64,000 nucleotides of DNA from Candidatus Binatia bacterium (GCA_047611725.1 JBLFWR010000001.1:4100-68099); one strand, 5' to 3'. Positions 1-9,931 are shown, counted from the first letter of the stretch. The notes: generated by a model not told the origin, from the letters alone. Made by a program: numbers and translations.

Positions 1-28
1 CCTCGGAGCCGGCCCGCTTGGAACTGCC

Positions 29-1330
29 GTGTCCGGCGTTGTGAGCGCGGTGCACCCAACCCATGCAGATGCGGTTGCCTCCATTGTGGGTCGCGCCGAG
101 TTGCTGGCCACCCTTTTCGTTCTCATTGCACTCTTGAGCGACCTCAGAGCGTGCGACTCAGGCCGGCGCCGACACCCGTTGCATCTCGCCTTACTTGGAG
201 CCTGCCTGCTCGGGGGGATGTTCAGCAAAGAAAACGCCATCATCTTGCCAGCCCTAGTGATACTTGGCCGCGTTTGCCTACGTCCGTTAAAGGGGCTGCG
301 GCCCCAGCTAACCGACATTGCTGTCGCAACGGTCCCTTTCGCTGCGGCCATGCTCGTGTGGTTGTGGGTCGCCCTGCCCCTTCTCCCTGACGTCTCACCT
401 GTAGCCTATGTCGATAATCCCCTGGCGCACGGCACAACGCTCGAGCGACTGCTGGGCGCGACCGAAATCTTATGGCGCTATGCATGGCTCGTCGTCGTCC
501 CCTGGCCGTTGGCGCCAGATCGATCTTTCGCGGCGACCAGCCCGAGTTTTTTCGTTGGCGTGACCAGTTTAGCGGCCTGGTTGACTGCGACATTGATTTT
601 GGCGACCCGCATGGCGCGACATCCGCGGCTATCCTGGAGTCTGCTGTGGTTTCCCCTCGCTTTCGTTCCCACCGCGAACTTGTTTTTCGCAACGGGCACC
701 ATCATGGCCGAGCGACTGATGCTGCTCCCTTCGATCGGTCCGATCGTTGGAATCGGACTGCTTGCACGCAAGGCGCAGACAAAATTCGGGATGTTGCCGA
801 CGATCGCGGTATCGATGGCGCTGGTTGGTCTGTTGGCGGCTGCCTATAGCGTTAGAGTCGAGGTTTGGCGTAATTCGACCAGTTTTCATCAGGCCGCGAT
901 CCAAGCCTCGCCCCGGTCGGCGAAAGCGCACTACGACGCCGGGTTATTTCATCAACGCAATAACTCTTGGGACCTTGCGGCCGCCGAGTTCAAAGAAGCG
1001 TTGAAAATATACCCGGCCTTCCAGAGTGCTGTACGGGAACTGGCCGAAGGGATGGCCCGGGAACGAGATCCCTTTGCTGGCTTAGGCATTTACGAGGACT
1101 ACCTGAAGCACACACCCAATGATGTAACCGTGTTGGCAAACGCAATTCGGTTGGGGATCACTTCTGGAAAGCCGAAGCGGGTCGTACCACTGGCCGAGCA
1201 TTTGTTGGCGCTGGACCCAAGCGACCCGGACTCTAGCAAGATGCTCGACGCCGTAACCGCAATGGTCGACCGAGCCCGCACACGTCGTCATCAGTCCTTA
1301 AACGCCAACTCTGAAAGCGGCAGCCGATAG
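29..1330 (+). CDS. TMTC/DUF1736-like polytopic membrane protein with C-terminal TPR repeats (GT-C fold mannosyltransferase-like); probably 5'-truncated by window edge
   Basis: ORF track 29..1330. Multiple hydrophobic TM segments, DUF1736-like motif AERLMLLPSIG, C-terminal TPR-like helices (AAAEFKEALKIYPAF...). ORF runs to window start so N-terminus may lie outside. Confidence 0.5.
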   Translation: MSGVVSAVHPTHADAVASIVGRAELLATLFVLIALLSDLRACDSGRRRHPLHLALLGACLLGGMFSKENAIILPALVILGRVCLRPLKGLRPQLTDIAVATVPFAAAMLVWLWVALPLLPDVSPVAYVDNPLAHGTTLERLLGATEILWRYAWLVVVPWPLAPDRSFAATSPSFFVGVTSLAAWLTATLILATRMARHPRLSWSLLWFPLAFVPTANLFFATGTIMAERLMLLPSIGPIVGIGLLARKAQTKFGMLPTIAVSMALVGLLAAAYSVRVEVWRNSTSFHQAAIQASPRSAKAHYDAGLFHQRNNSWDLAAAEFKEALKIYPAFQSAVRELAEGMARERDPFAGLGIYEDYLKHTPNDVTVLANAIRLGITSGKPKRVVPLAEHLLALDPSDPDSSKMLDAVTAMVDRARTRRHQSLNANSESGSR

Positions 1331-2310
1331 CGCCGCATCAACAGATAGACATCCAACGCCCCGAGCCGGCGACGGGCCTGAATCGCGCGGCGCTGGCGCC
1401 AAACCTCTGGAGCACGAGCGAACGCATTCCCATAGGCGCGGATCAGAATCCACGCCAGTTCGCTGCGCGAATAGTCGCGACGGAAACTACTGGAGATTCC
1501 CTTGCCGGCTGCGGTAGCCGACCCCTGCGCGAGGTATCGAGCCAGTGTGTAGAACGGACTAAGCGCCAGCAGCCGCAACGGAAACAAGCGCATAGCATTC
1601 CAAATTCGATTCCGTTCGACGTGGTAGGCCTTAAACGCAGAATGATAGCCGCTGGTCATCGACTTCTTGTGAACCGCTTCGGCCTCGGGAAGGTACAGAC
1701 AGTGCCAGCCGCGCAATTGGCCGCGCATGGCTAGGTCAAGATCTTCCAAGTAGGCGAAGTACCCTTCATCGAAGAGCCCCACGTCGTCGAGCATCGCGCG
1801 CCGATACACGGCCGCGCATCCGTTTGGGCCAAGCACTTCCTCGCGCTCGTCGTACTGCCCCATATCTTTTTCAAGCCAGCCTCGGCTGCGACAAACTCCA
1901 TCGGGGTAAACAAGCAGCCCGGTCGAGTCGAAAATTTCGGGGCGGTCGAACATGCGAACACGGGTCGCAAACATTCCCATTTGAGGATGTTCATCGGCCC
2001 CCGCGATCACGCATGCCGCAAAGTCTGCCGCCAGTTCTGCGTCATTGTTCAACAACAGGATGAGGTCGCCTCGGGCGACCTCCATGCCAACGTTATTGCC
2101 GTGGCAGAAACCGGTGTTGTGATCCTGCCGAATCAGATGGGCTTCTGGAAAATCAGCCTCGACCAGATCGACGCTTCCGTCAGTTGAGCCGTTGTCGACC
2201 ACAATCAATTCGATCTCGTCGATCGCGGTCTGGGCGCGCACCGACTCCAGGCAAGGCGTGAGAAGATTGCGGCCGTTCCAATTGAGGACGATGACGGTGA
2301 GGCGAGGCAT
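1291..2310 (-). CDS. family 2 glycosyltransferase
   Basis: N-terminus MPRLTVIVLNWNGRNLL...VVDNGSTDGS is a typical GT2 (GT-A) DxD-type signature. 339 aa. Confidence 0.75.
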   Translation of the reverse strand: MPRLTVIVLNWNGRNLLTPCLESVRAQTAIDEIELIVVDNGSTDGSVDLVEADFPEAHLIRQDHNTGFCHGNNVGMEVARGDLILLLNNDAELAADFAACVIAGADEHPQMGMFATRVRMFDRPEIFDSTGLLVYPDGVCRSRGWLEKDMGQYDEREEVLGPNGCAAVYRRAMLDDVGLFDEGYFAYLEDLDLAMRGQLRGWHCLYLPEAEAVHKKSMTSGYHSAFKAYHVERNRIWNAMRLFPLRLLALSPFYTLARYLAQGSATAAGKGISSSFRRDYSRSELAWILIRAYGNAFARAPEVWRQRRAIQARRRLGALDVYLLMRRYRLPLSELAFKD

Positions 2311-2502
2311 TCGGTGTGTGGAAGCTCAGGGAGCCTTCGAGGGGCAACCTTGTCCGATTTTGATCGCCGATGCACGGTCATGGCCGAAAACTCTAGTGCA
2401 AAGCCCCGAGAACACGGCACTTAACCACGCATCTGCTGTGGTACGCGCGTTGCAATAAAGCCCAGGCCGGGCCAAGCGCAAAGTGCCCGACGAGGAAAAC
2501 AC

Positions 2503-2718
2503 ATGATCAGCTTCGACACCCAACCACTCGACATTCGAGGTTTACGCCGCGGGGCATGTATGACTCAGGAAGAGTTCGCACACGCTCTTGGCACGACGGT
2601 TAGCACCGTTAATCGCTGGGAAAACGGTCACACCAAGCCGAGCAAGCTCGCCCGCAACAGTATCGCTATGCTTTGTTCGCGGTTAACCCCCGCCGAAAGC
2701 GCGCAGGCTCAAGCTTAA
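2503..2718 (+). CDS. XRE-family helix-turn-helix DNA-binding protein (71 aa)
   Basis: Motif MTQEEFAHALGTTVSTVNRWENGHTKPS is a canonical HTH_XRE (Cro/C1-type) helix-turn-helix. Confidence 0.6.
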   Translation: MISFDTQPLDIRGLRRGACMTQEEFAHALGTTVSTVNRWENGHTKPSKLARNSIAMLCSRLTPAESAQAQA

Positions 2719-2765
2719 CTGCAGACTTGCCGGGACCGGCATCGCACAAGAATCGGCCGCCGAGC

Positions 2766-3311
2766 TCAGACTCGACGAACGACGATAGGCTTGACGGCGC
2801 TGCCGCCGACCCTGCCCTCAACCATCTCATCGACCCGCGCAAGAACGGTCTCGTCACAGCAATGCTTCTCGATCATCAGCGACAAATCGCTGAGGTCGTG
2901 GAGAAGCATTTGCTCGGCGTGATCGCGCGCGGCGGGGTCGGACAAAACGTGGATCAAATCTAGGACAAGGTCCTCAAGTTCGAGGCTCTCCAACTCTACT
3001 GCGACCGCGAAAGCGCGATCCGACGAAACTCCAGCGGTCGCTTCGGAATGCAAAGCTTCGATGTCGCTCGCCGCGTTGGCAATGACGTCAGGAGCCTCGT
3101 TGAGTTCCACTTCAACGCCGCTTTGTTCAAGGAGTACACTAAGAAGTGCGAGTGCGCCTACATGAGCCGCCTCGTGGCGCGCCATGGACATCCAAAACCC
3201 GTGCAATTCCGGGTCACTTCTGAATATTGATGCGAACTTGGTATAGATCGCCATGGCCAGCGACTCTAAGCGCTTGGCCTCTTCAACAACGCCACGTAGA
3301 TCTGGTTTCAC
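2766..3311 (-). CDS. ferritin-like / rubrerythrin-like diiron-fold protein (hypothetical)
   Basis: Motifs ...MARHEAAHVGAL... and a second ...EAKRLESLAMAIY... E-x-x-H-like helix pair. 181 aa, no TM. Family assignment tentative. Confidence 0.4.
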   Translation of the reverse strand: MKPDLRGVVEEAKRLESLAMAIYTKFASIFRSDPELHGFWMSMARHEAAHVGALALLSVLLEQSGVEVELNEAPDVIANAASDIEALHSEATAGVSSDRAFAVAVELESLELEDLVLDLIHVLSDPAARDHAEQMLLHDLSDLSLMIEKHCCDETVLARVDEMVEGRVGGSAVKPIVVRRV

Positions 3312-3387
3312 AACCCCCTGCTAGCAGAGCACCCGCCGCGTTGCTAGCGAGCGTGCGAGCCCCTTGGTACAGGGTTGCCGCCCGGTC

Positions 3388-4791
3388 TCACGCGTAGACC
3401 GGCGGCTCTCCCGGTCGTCCCTCGCGACGCCCCTTGAAGGCCGGAGAAGACCCAAGCATTTTTTCCATCTGTTGGAGTTTTGTAGCGAAGTTCGCGTCGC
3501 CAGCCTGGCGGTCAGCAACCGAACGGACTGCTCGCAGGATCGACGTGTGGTTTCGTCCACCCAACGCGTGGCCGATTTCCGGAAGCGATGCAGACGTTAA
3601 ACGGCGACACATGTAGGCAGCAATGTGGCGAGGCCATGCCACGCGCCTGGAACGGTCCCTGGAGAGCAGCTCTTCGCGGCTCAGGCCATGAACCCACGCC
3701 ACGGTGTCGATGACCACATCCAGGTCTACGGGGCCGCGACGCGCAACGTACGGCGTGATCATCGTTTCGACCACCCCATCGTCCAACGGCAATGACTGAT
3801 GACTGCTCGCCGCCTTCAGTCGCGAGACTAGGCCTTCCAACTCGCGCACGCTTCCCTGAAGTTGGATGGCGAGGCGCTCGACAATGTGGTCGTCGATTTG
3901 AACGCCATTCTCTTGAAGCTTCGCCTTGAGAATGCGCAACCGCAGATCACGATCCAGGGGACACAAATCGGCGAGGAAGCCGCCGCCGAATCGACTGCGC
4001 AACCCAGTCTCTAGGTTCTCGAGTTCATCCGGGCCGCGGTCGCTCGCTAAAGCGATAGGCTTTCCTTTCTGATGCAACAGATTGAAAACGTGGAAGAGTT
4101 CCTGCTGGGTACGCTTCTTTCCCGCGAGGAACTGAACGTCATCGATGAGGAGCGCGTCGGCGACTCGGAACTGGCGATGGAACGCGTCCATGCGCTGAGC
4201 CTGCAACGCTTCCACCATCTTGCGGGTGAAATCTTCACCTTGAAAGTACAAGACCTTCTTCCCGCGGAGGCGCAAGGCTTCGCCGATCGCCGTGAGAAGG
4301 TGAGTCTTTCCGAGGCCCACGCCACCAAACATGAACAAAGGGTTGCCTTCGGTCACACGCTCTTCTTCAGCGAGCCGTCGCGCGCCGAAGTACGCCATAC
4401 GGTTGCCCTCACCGACGATGAAGCTGTCGAAGTTCTTCTCGCCTTGGGACGGCCGCTCGGTGGGCTGCCCAGCAGGCGCGGAAGAAACAACCGTGCGGAC
4501 GCTGGCCTTTCGACCACTTGGGACAGCGTAGGTGCCCACGACCACTGAGACGGTGCAGGTGTGCCCGGCAATCTTGGTTACCGCGGCCTCGATGGCCGGA
4601 AGAAAAGATTGCTTCACCCGATCACGAAATAGGCCGAAAGGCGCTTCAACAATCAGCTTTCCTTCCTCGAAATCACGCGCGCCCAACTCTTGGACCCAGG
4701 TCTGATAGTCCTTCTCCGATAACTCGCGCTCAAGAATCGTGCATGCTTGCAACCAGATGGACTCCGCGCGATCGGTCGAGACTGTTCCCAT
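3388..4791 (-). CDS. dnaA: chromosomal replication initiator DnaA
   Basis: AAA+ Walker A GGVGLGKTHLL, LLIDDVQFL box, sensor motifs and C-terminal DNA-binding domain (HIAAYMCRRLT...LPEIGHALGGRNHTSIL). Start chosen at internal ATG (minus, 4791) preceded by GGAAGGG SD-like; ORF extends to 4827. Confidence 0.95.
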   Translation of the reverse strand: MGTVSTDRAESIWLQACTILERELSEKDYQTWVQELGARDFEEGKLIVEAPFGLFRDRVKQSFLPAIEAAVTKIAGHTCTVSVVVGTYAVPSGRKASVRTVVSSAPAGQPTERPSQGEKNFDSFIVGEGNRMAYFGARRLAEEERVTEGNPLFMFGGVGLGKTHLLTAIGEALRLRGKKVLYFQGEDFTRKMVEALQAQRMDAFHRQFRVADALLIDDVQFLAGKKRTQQELFHVFNLLHQKGKPIALASDRGPDELENLETGLRSRFGGGFLADLCPLDRDLRLRILKAKLQENGVQIDDHIVERLAIQLQGSVRELEGLVSRLKAASSHQSLPLDDGVVETMITPYVARRGPVDLDVVIDTVAWVHGLSREELLSRDRSRRVAWPRHIAAYMCRRLTSASLPEIGHALGGRNHTSILRAVRSVADRQAGDANFATKLQQMEKMLGSSPAFKGRREGRPGEPPVYA

Positions 4792-5239
4792 GTCGAACCC
4801 TTCCTTTTCGTTGTGGCAGTGCCCCACCTCGGCAGCTGACGAACTTGGTACCCGCCAAGTTCTTCAAGAGGTGAAAGGCTCCGCTTAAAGTTACTGATCT
4901 GTAATTCGTGATCGCGACACCCGATGTCTTCATCGGTCGATGGAATGAAACATTCGAATCGATGCAACCGTCGCGAAGTGCGGCAAGGTTTACGGCCACG
5001 CGCGCGCTTGTGCAAAGCGCACAACACAAAGTCCTCGACACTTGCAAGGAATTCGCGTGGTTCACTCCACCATGTTTCGAACCGGCATAGTCGCTCTTCA
5101 TGATGGTGCGTCGCGAGTCCTCGACTTTGCTGAAGAATTTCCAACGTTTTCGGTTGCTGTTCGAGCGCAGCACTTTTCGGGATGAAATGCCCCGAACGGG
5201 ATGGCTGAAGGAAGGCAAAGTAAAGTTTGGGAAAGGTGA

Positions 5240-5390
5240 CGACTCATCCACTCCAAACGAGATGTTAACCACATGTTGTTCACACAATTTCGCTTTCGGT
5301 GTGGAGAACCTCGACAAATCGTACTGGCTTGGGTGTGGAGGCCTGTGCGAAGCACAAACTTTATTTTTGAGGTTCTCTCGATAACTGCGC
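5240..5390. promoter_or_regulatory. candidate oriC element: cluster of DnaA-box-like 9-mers plus AT-rich unwinding-like stretch upstream of dnaA
   Basis: TCATCCACT (5244-5252), TTAACCACA (5265-5273, 1 mismatch to TTATCCACA), TTGTTCACA (5276-5284), TGTGGAGAA (5300-5308, 1 mismatch to TGTGGATAA). AT-rich run aaactttatttttgaggttctctcgataactg at 5356-5387 in an otherwise GC-rich, ~600 bp non-coding region next to dnaA 5' end. Confidence 0.35.
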
Positions 5391-5440
5391 CTGGGCGCTT
5401 CGTTGCAAACAGAAATCGCGCCGCATAGCTTTCGCCGACC

Positions 5441-6265
5441 GTGCCCGAGTACTTCGCACACATTTACCTGTTGGTTTTCGCCAAGATCGCGGTGGGAGGA
5501 CTCCTGTCACTTTCAATTCCGCCCTTCGCGCAGATGGAAAGGGGCTTCTACAAGTCGACGGCTGCTGTCTACTTGTTAGCGGCCATTGCCACTGCGGGTG
5601 GTGAACTCACGCTTGCCAGCGGAACCGGCCCCTTCTCGCCTAGTGGAATCGAGATAACGCTTTGGTCAGCGTTCGCTGCCGTGTTCGCCGTCTACTGGGT
5701 GTCTTTGTATGTGAAGCGCCCGCGCCTTCGTGCCCTTTCGTACCCGGCCGCACTCGTGGTCGGGCTCGTCGCTCTGGCTACAAGCGCTTGGCAGCTTGCA
5801 CCGCAGGTCTCAACGCCGCTAGCGGGCCTAATCCCAACAGTCTGGGCGTTCGCTGGTGCGGCTGTCTTGGGGGCCGGCGCGAGCGGCATGCTGCTCGGAC
5901 ATTGGTACCTGATTGATACCGGGCTGGACCTGGCTCCGCTGTTGCGGATGACACGCTTCTATCGACGCGCGTTGATCTGGCAGATTGGCGCGGTCACCGG
6001 ATGCGTAGCTGCTGCGTGGCTCTTGCCCGGACAGGCATGGTCATCCGGATTCGATAGCGTCACTGAGCTACTACCGGCTTGGCTGGTTGTCGGGCGAATT
6101 ACCGGATGGGGGTTGGCCGTGATGCTGGGCGCGTTGATCTCCAGGACACTGGCCATCCCGCAAACCATGGCCGCTACCGGACTGTTCTACATCGCGGCAC
6201 TCGTGGTTTGCGTTGGAGAAATCATCGCCCACTGGCTGATGTTTCGTACGGGCCTGTTCCTCTAG
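5441..6265 (+). CDS. polytopic integral membrane protein, unknown family
   Basis: 274 aa with ~8 predicted hydrophobic helices (LLVFAKIAVGGLLSL, AAVYLLAAIATAGG, LWSAFAAVFAVYWV ...). No recognisable catalytic motif. Confidence 0.5.
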   Translation: MPEYFAHIYLLVFAKIAVGGLLSLSIPPFAQMERGFYKSTAAVYLLAAIATAGGELTLASGTGPFSPSGIEITLWSAFAAVFAVYWVSLYVKRPRLRALSYPAALVVGLVALATSAWQLAPQVSTPLAGLIPTVWAFAGAAVLGAGASGMLLGHWYLIDTGLDLAPLLRMTRFYRRALIWQIGAVTGCVAAAWLLPGQAWSSGFDSVTELLPAWLVVGRITGWGLAVMLGALISRTLAIPQTMAATGLFYIAALVVCVGEIIAHWLMFRTGLFL

Positions 6266-6316
6266 CGAGTCACGGCCCTGTTCGAAATACGCGAACTTTC
6301 GGTGACTACGCGGTGG

Positions 6317-7957
6317 CTACGCGGTGGCTACGTCGGTAGACGAGTCGGTAGAGGAGCCGGTGTGTGAGTCGGCGGTATCTGATCGCTGACGGATGACCGG
6401 CCCCCGCAAATCCGCCAACAATTTTCCCAACGACTCCAGGTTTTCGTGTCGTAGCCCAGACCGAAGCCCCAAGCTTTCGCACATCGCAGCGAAGACCTCG
6501 TCTAGGCTTGCGTACGCTGGACCACCGAGTTCGGACAGTACCGCAGCCAAAACCTTCCAGCCTTCAACCGCACCTGCGCTCGGTTCGACAGCGGCCTGCG
6601 ACAACTGCAAGCGGCTATCGCGATTGAGGTACGTGCCATCGATCTCGAAATGCCCACCGACAGCGACGATTTCGTTCGCGTACTCAGTGCTGACACCGAC
6701 ACGCTCGTCGGCGTGGACAACGCCGTCGGAACCTTCCAACAATGTCGCCCAAGCTTCATCGACCGAGGCCGGGTCACAGCGATAGGCGAATACGGCACGT
6801 ACTTTCGAAGGTGCGGCGACAGACTCGCGGAATCCAAGCTCACGAAGGCCACGGCGATTCGCGAAGCGATCCGAAGAAATCAGAAAATCGTCCCCGACGA
6901 TGTCAGAATCGCCCGCGCTCAGGATCGACTGCGTGCCACCCGAAATATCGGCGATGCGCGAGAGCAAATACGCCTCTTCCATCGAAATGGCCGCCGAGGC
7001 GATTACATCCACCGCTTCACTTCGCGCAAAGAGTCCCGCGCAACGTTGCGCCGAGTCTTCCCAGGTCAACTCGAGAAACGACTCCTCTCGGCGTGACGCG
7101 CAGCTACGAAGCCGGTCTTGGTGCGAACGTTCCTTATACGTACGACGGCCAGCGTCGCACATCCAAAATCCATTCACTTCATGATTGGCTCTCGGCTTCA
7201 GACGGTAAATGTCGTCGCGTAGCGAATGGGTGTCTATGTTGCAACCGGTGGAACATCCCGGACAAATCCCCGGTGTTCCTTCCAAATACCAAACACGTGC
7301 CTGGAATCGGAATTCCCGGCTCGTCAATGCACCAACCGGACAGATGTCGACAATGTTGGTTGCGTACGGATTTTCAACTTGCTGACCGTCCGCCACGCTT
7401 AGCTCGCTGTGGTCGCCACGCTCCTTGATCATCAGCTCGTGCGTCTCGGTGACTTCGTCGAGGAAACGGACGCAACGCGTACACAGAATACAACGTTCCT
7501 GGTCGAGCATGATGTCAGGCCCGATCGCTTGGACTTTTGCCTTGTGAACCTTTTCCGTCAACGGGAAACGGCTGCCGTAGCGACCGTAGTCCATGTAGTA
7601 CTCTTGCAGCTTGCACTCGCCGGCCTGATCACAGATCGGGCAATCAATCGGGTGATTGATCAGCAGAAACTCGAGTACGCCACGACGTGCTTCTTCAACA
7701 CGTTCGCTTTGAGACTCCACGACCATGCCATCTTGAACAGTCGTGTTGCACCCAATCTGAAGCTTGGGAAGAGGTTTCGGCTGCGTCGCCGACATCGCCG
7801 TGATGTCGACAAGACACATGCGACAGTTCCCCGCCACAGACAGCCCCGGGTGGTAGCAGTAGTGCGGGATCTCCTGACCGGCCATTTCGGCCGCGGCGAC
7901 AAGATTCGTCCCCTCCGGTACTTCGATGGTTGTACCGTTGATCGTCACCTTAGGCAT
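6317..7957 (-). CDS. nuoG: NADH-quinone oxidoreductase subunit G (75 kDa subunit homolog; short form)
   Basis: N-terminal 2Fe-2S ferredoxin-like region (PHYCYHPGLSVAGNCRMCLVDI), CPICDQAGECKLQEY 4Fe-4S motif, CILCTRCVRF. 546 aa. Confidence 0.85.
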   Translation of the reverse strand: MPKVTINGTTIEVPEGTNLVAAAEMAGQEIPHYCYHPGLSVAGNCRMCLVDITAMSATQPKPLPKLQIGCNTTVQDGMVVESQSERVEEARRGVLEFLLINHPIDCPICDQAGECKLQEYYMDYGRYGSRFPLTEKVHKAKVQAIGPDIMLDQERCILCTRCVRFLDEVTETHELMIKERGDHSELSVADGQQVENPYATNIVDICPVGALTSREFRFQARVWYLEGTPGICPGCSTGCNIDTHSLRDDIYRLKPRANHEVNGFWMCDAGRRTYKERSHQDRLRSCASRREESFLELTWEDSAQRCAGLFARSEAVDVIASAAISMEEAYLLSRIADISGGTQSILSAGDSDIVGDDFLISSDRFANRRGLRELGFRESVAAPSKVRAVFAYRCDPASVDEAWATLLEGSDGVVHADERVGVSTEYANEIVAVGGHFEIDGTYLNRDSRLQLSQAAVEPSAGAVEGWKVLAAVLSELGGPAYASLDEVFAAMCESLGLRSGLRHENLESLGKLLADLRGPVIRQRSDTADSHTGSSTDSSTDVATA

Positions 7958-7974
7958 TTCGAAAACTCCAGAGA

Positions 7975-9255
7975 TCAGGCTGCGCGATGGTCCGCGGCAT
8001 TGCGACCGGCTTCGGCAACTGCGCGAAACTCGTCGGGGAATTTTTGAAGAAAGCTTCGAACCGGCATGGCAGCGGCATCGGACAAAACGCAGATCGTTGT
8101 ACCCATCATCGAGCTCGCCACCGTTTCCAAATCTTCGATATCTTTAGGACTTCCTTCACCCGCCGCGAGGCGATTCAGAATCTTTTCTAACCACCCCGTG
8201 CCTTCGCGACAGGGCGTACACTGGCCGCATGACTCGTGGTGGTAGAAATGTGCGATACGGCCGAGGGTTCGAACCATGTCAGTGGTTTCATCCATGACGA
8301 TGATTCCGGCTGAGCCCAACATCGACCCAGCCTTGGAAACTGAATCAAAGTCCATTGAGATATCGATCTCGTCAGCGCGCAAAATCGGCACTGATGAACC
8401 GCCGGGGATCACAGCCTTCAATTTCCGGCCGCCGAGAACACCACCCGCATGAACCTCGATAATCTCTTTCAGAGATGTACCCATTGGTAGTTCGTAGACA
8501 CCTGGTTTGTTCACATGACCCGAGACGCAGTACAGCTTCGGACCGGGCCCAGACTCGGGTCCCATCGAGCGAAACCAATCGACCCCGCGCTCAACGACGT
8601 GGCGCACGCAGGCTAGCGTCTCGACATTATTGACGATCGTCGGACATCCGAAAACACCATAGACGGCCGGGAACGGCGGCTTGATGCGTGGATGCGCGCG
8701 TTTCCCCTCAAGCGATTCGATCAGCCCAGTTTCTTCGCCGCAGATATAGGCACCCGCGCCGCGATGAACATGGATGTGAATCTCGCTGTCGGTTCCGAAA
8801 ATCCCCTCGCCGAGGAAACCTTTTTTGTAAGCATCGGCGATCGCGGCCTGGAGTCCGCGAAAGCCAAGGGCAAACTCGCCTCGGATATAAATATAGGCGT
8901 GATGACAACCAATCGCGTGCGCCGCGATGATCATGCCTTCGAGCAGTTGATGCGGGTCGCGCTCAATGATCGCACGATCCTTGAACGTGCCTGGTTCGCT
9001 TTCGTCGGCGTTGCACAACAAATAAATTGGCTTGTCGACGCCCTTAGGAAGGAACGACCACTTCAGGCCAGTAGGGAAACCGGCTCCTCCGCGACCACGA
9101 AGGCCGGAATCTTTCACTACGTCGATGACCGACGCCGGGGTCATGCCCGTCACAGCTTTGCGAGCCGTGGCATAACCGCCGTCAGCGATGTAATTGTCGA
9201 TGTCCGTGAGGTCGGCCTCGACGTCCTCGAACCTAAGTAGAACCTTGTCGCTCAT
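7975..9255 (-). CDS. nuoF: NADH-quinone oxidoreductase subunit F (51 kDa, NADH/FMN-binding)
   Basis: GLRGRGGAGFPTGLKW (FMN/NADH site), ESEPGTFKDR, C-terminal CGQCTPCREGTGW 4Fe-4S N3 motif. Start taken at internal Met (MSDKVLLRF...); ORF extends to 9312. Confidence 0.9.
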   Translation of the reverse strand: MSDKVLLRFEDVEADLTDIDNYIADGGYATARKAVTGMTPASVIDVVKDSGLRGRGGAGFPTGLKWSFLPKGVDKPIYLLCNADESEPGTFKDRAIIERDPHQLLEGMIIAAHAIGCHHAYIYIRGEFALGFRGLQAAIADAYKKGFLGEGIFGTDSEIHIHVHRGAGAYICGEETGLIESLEGKRAHPRIKPPFPAVYGVFGCPTIVNNVETLACVRHVVERGVDWFRSMGPESGPGPKLYCVSGHVNKPGVYELPMGTSLKEIIEVHAGGVLGGRKLKAVIPGGSSVPILRADEIDISMDFDSVSKAGSMLGSAGIIVMDETTDMVRTLGRIAHFYHHESCGQCTPCREGTGWLEKILNRLAAGEGSPKDIEDLETVASSMMGTTICVLSDAAAMPVRSFLQKFPDEFRAVAEAGRNAADHRAA

Positions 9256-9337
9256 GTCTTCTTCCGAACTCCGCTTCACATTGGGAAGCGAGCGTCGTGG
9301 CGCGATTTGCACCTATTGATCGAACCGAGGGCTGGAG

Positions 9338-9931
9338 TTAGTCGGCGATCTCGCGCGACCTAATCGGCTGCTTCTGCTTCTGGATTTTTCGTTGCAAAGC
9401 CATCAATGCGTCGATCACACCTTCGGGCCGAGGTGGGCAGCCTGGAACATAAACATCGACCGGAACAATGCGGTCGATTCCTGGAACCGTCGTATAATTG
9501 TCGTAGAAACCGCCGGTCGACGCGCAAGCCCCAAACGCCATCACCCATTTTGGCTCAGCCATCTGTTCGTACACGCGCTTGAGAATTGGGCCCTGACGCA
9601 CAGTCACGGTGCCGATCACCATCAGTAAATCGGCTTGTCGCGGGGTGAATCGCGGCAACAGCGCTCCGAACCGATCGATGTCATACGGAGTCATCGACAA
9701 AGACATGTACTCCATCGCGCAACAGGCGGTCGCGAAGGGGTACGGGAAGATCGAATACTTCCGTGCCCATCCCAGCGCTGCATCGACAGAGGTTAAAACC
9801 ACAGCTTCGGAAAGAAGACCTGCGTCTCCCTGAACTTCTCCGATTCCGGAGAGCTTGTTAGCGATGTCGGTAGCCACTGGCATGGACGGCAAATTACGAG
9901 CTGATGGCCGAAAACTCAAGGTCTCTTGCAA
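9338..9931 (-). CDS. nuoB: NADH-quinone oxidoreductase subunit B (20 kDa, N2 cluster)
   Basis: CCAMEYM ... GACASTGGFYDNYTTV ... VYVPGCPPRPE, the hallmark NuoB/NiFe-hydrogenase small-subunit-like cysteine motifs. Confidence 0.9.
   Translation of the reverse strand: MQETLSFRPSARNLPSMPVATDIANKLSGIGEVQGDAGLLSEAVVLTSVDAALGWARKYSIFPYPFATACCAMEYMSLSMTPYDIDRFGALLPRFTPRQADLLMVIGTVTVRQGPILKRVYEQMAEPKWVMAFGACASTGGFYDNYTTVPGIDRIVPVDVYVPGCPPRPEGVIDALMALQRKIQKQKQPIRSREIAD

Noticed and set aside
6301-6346. Short tandem repeats (GGTGRCTACGC x3, GGTAGAGGAGCC-like x2) at the 3' end of nuoG
   Set aside because: They lie inside or at the end of the coding sequence and just produce a low-complexity STD/SST C-terminal tail. 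Likely trivial slippage.
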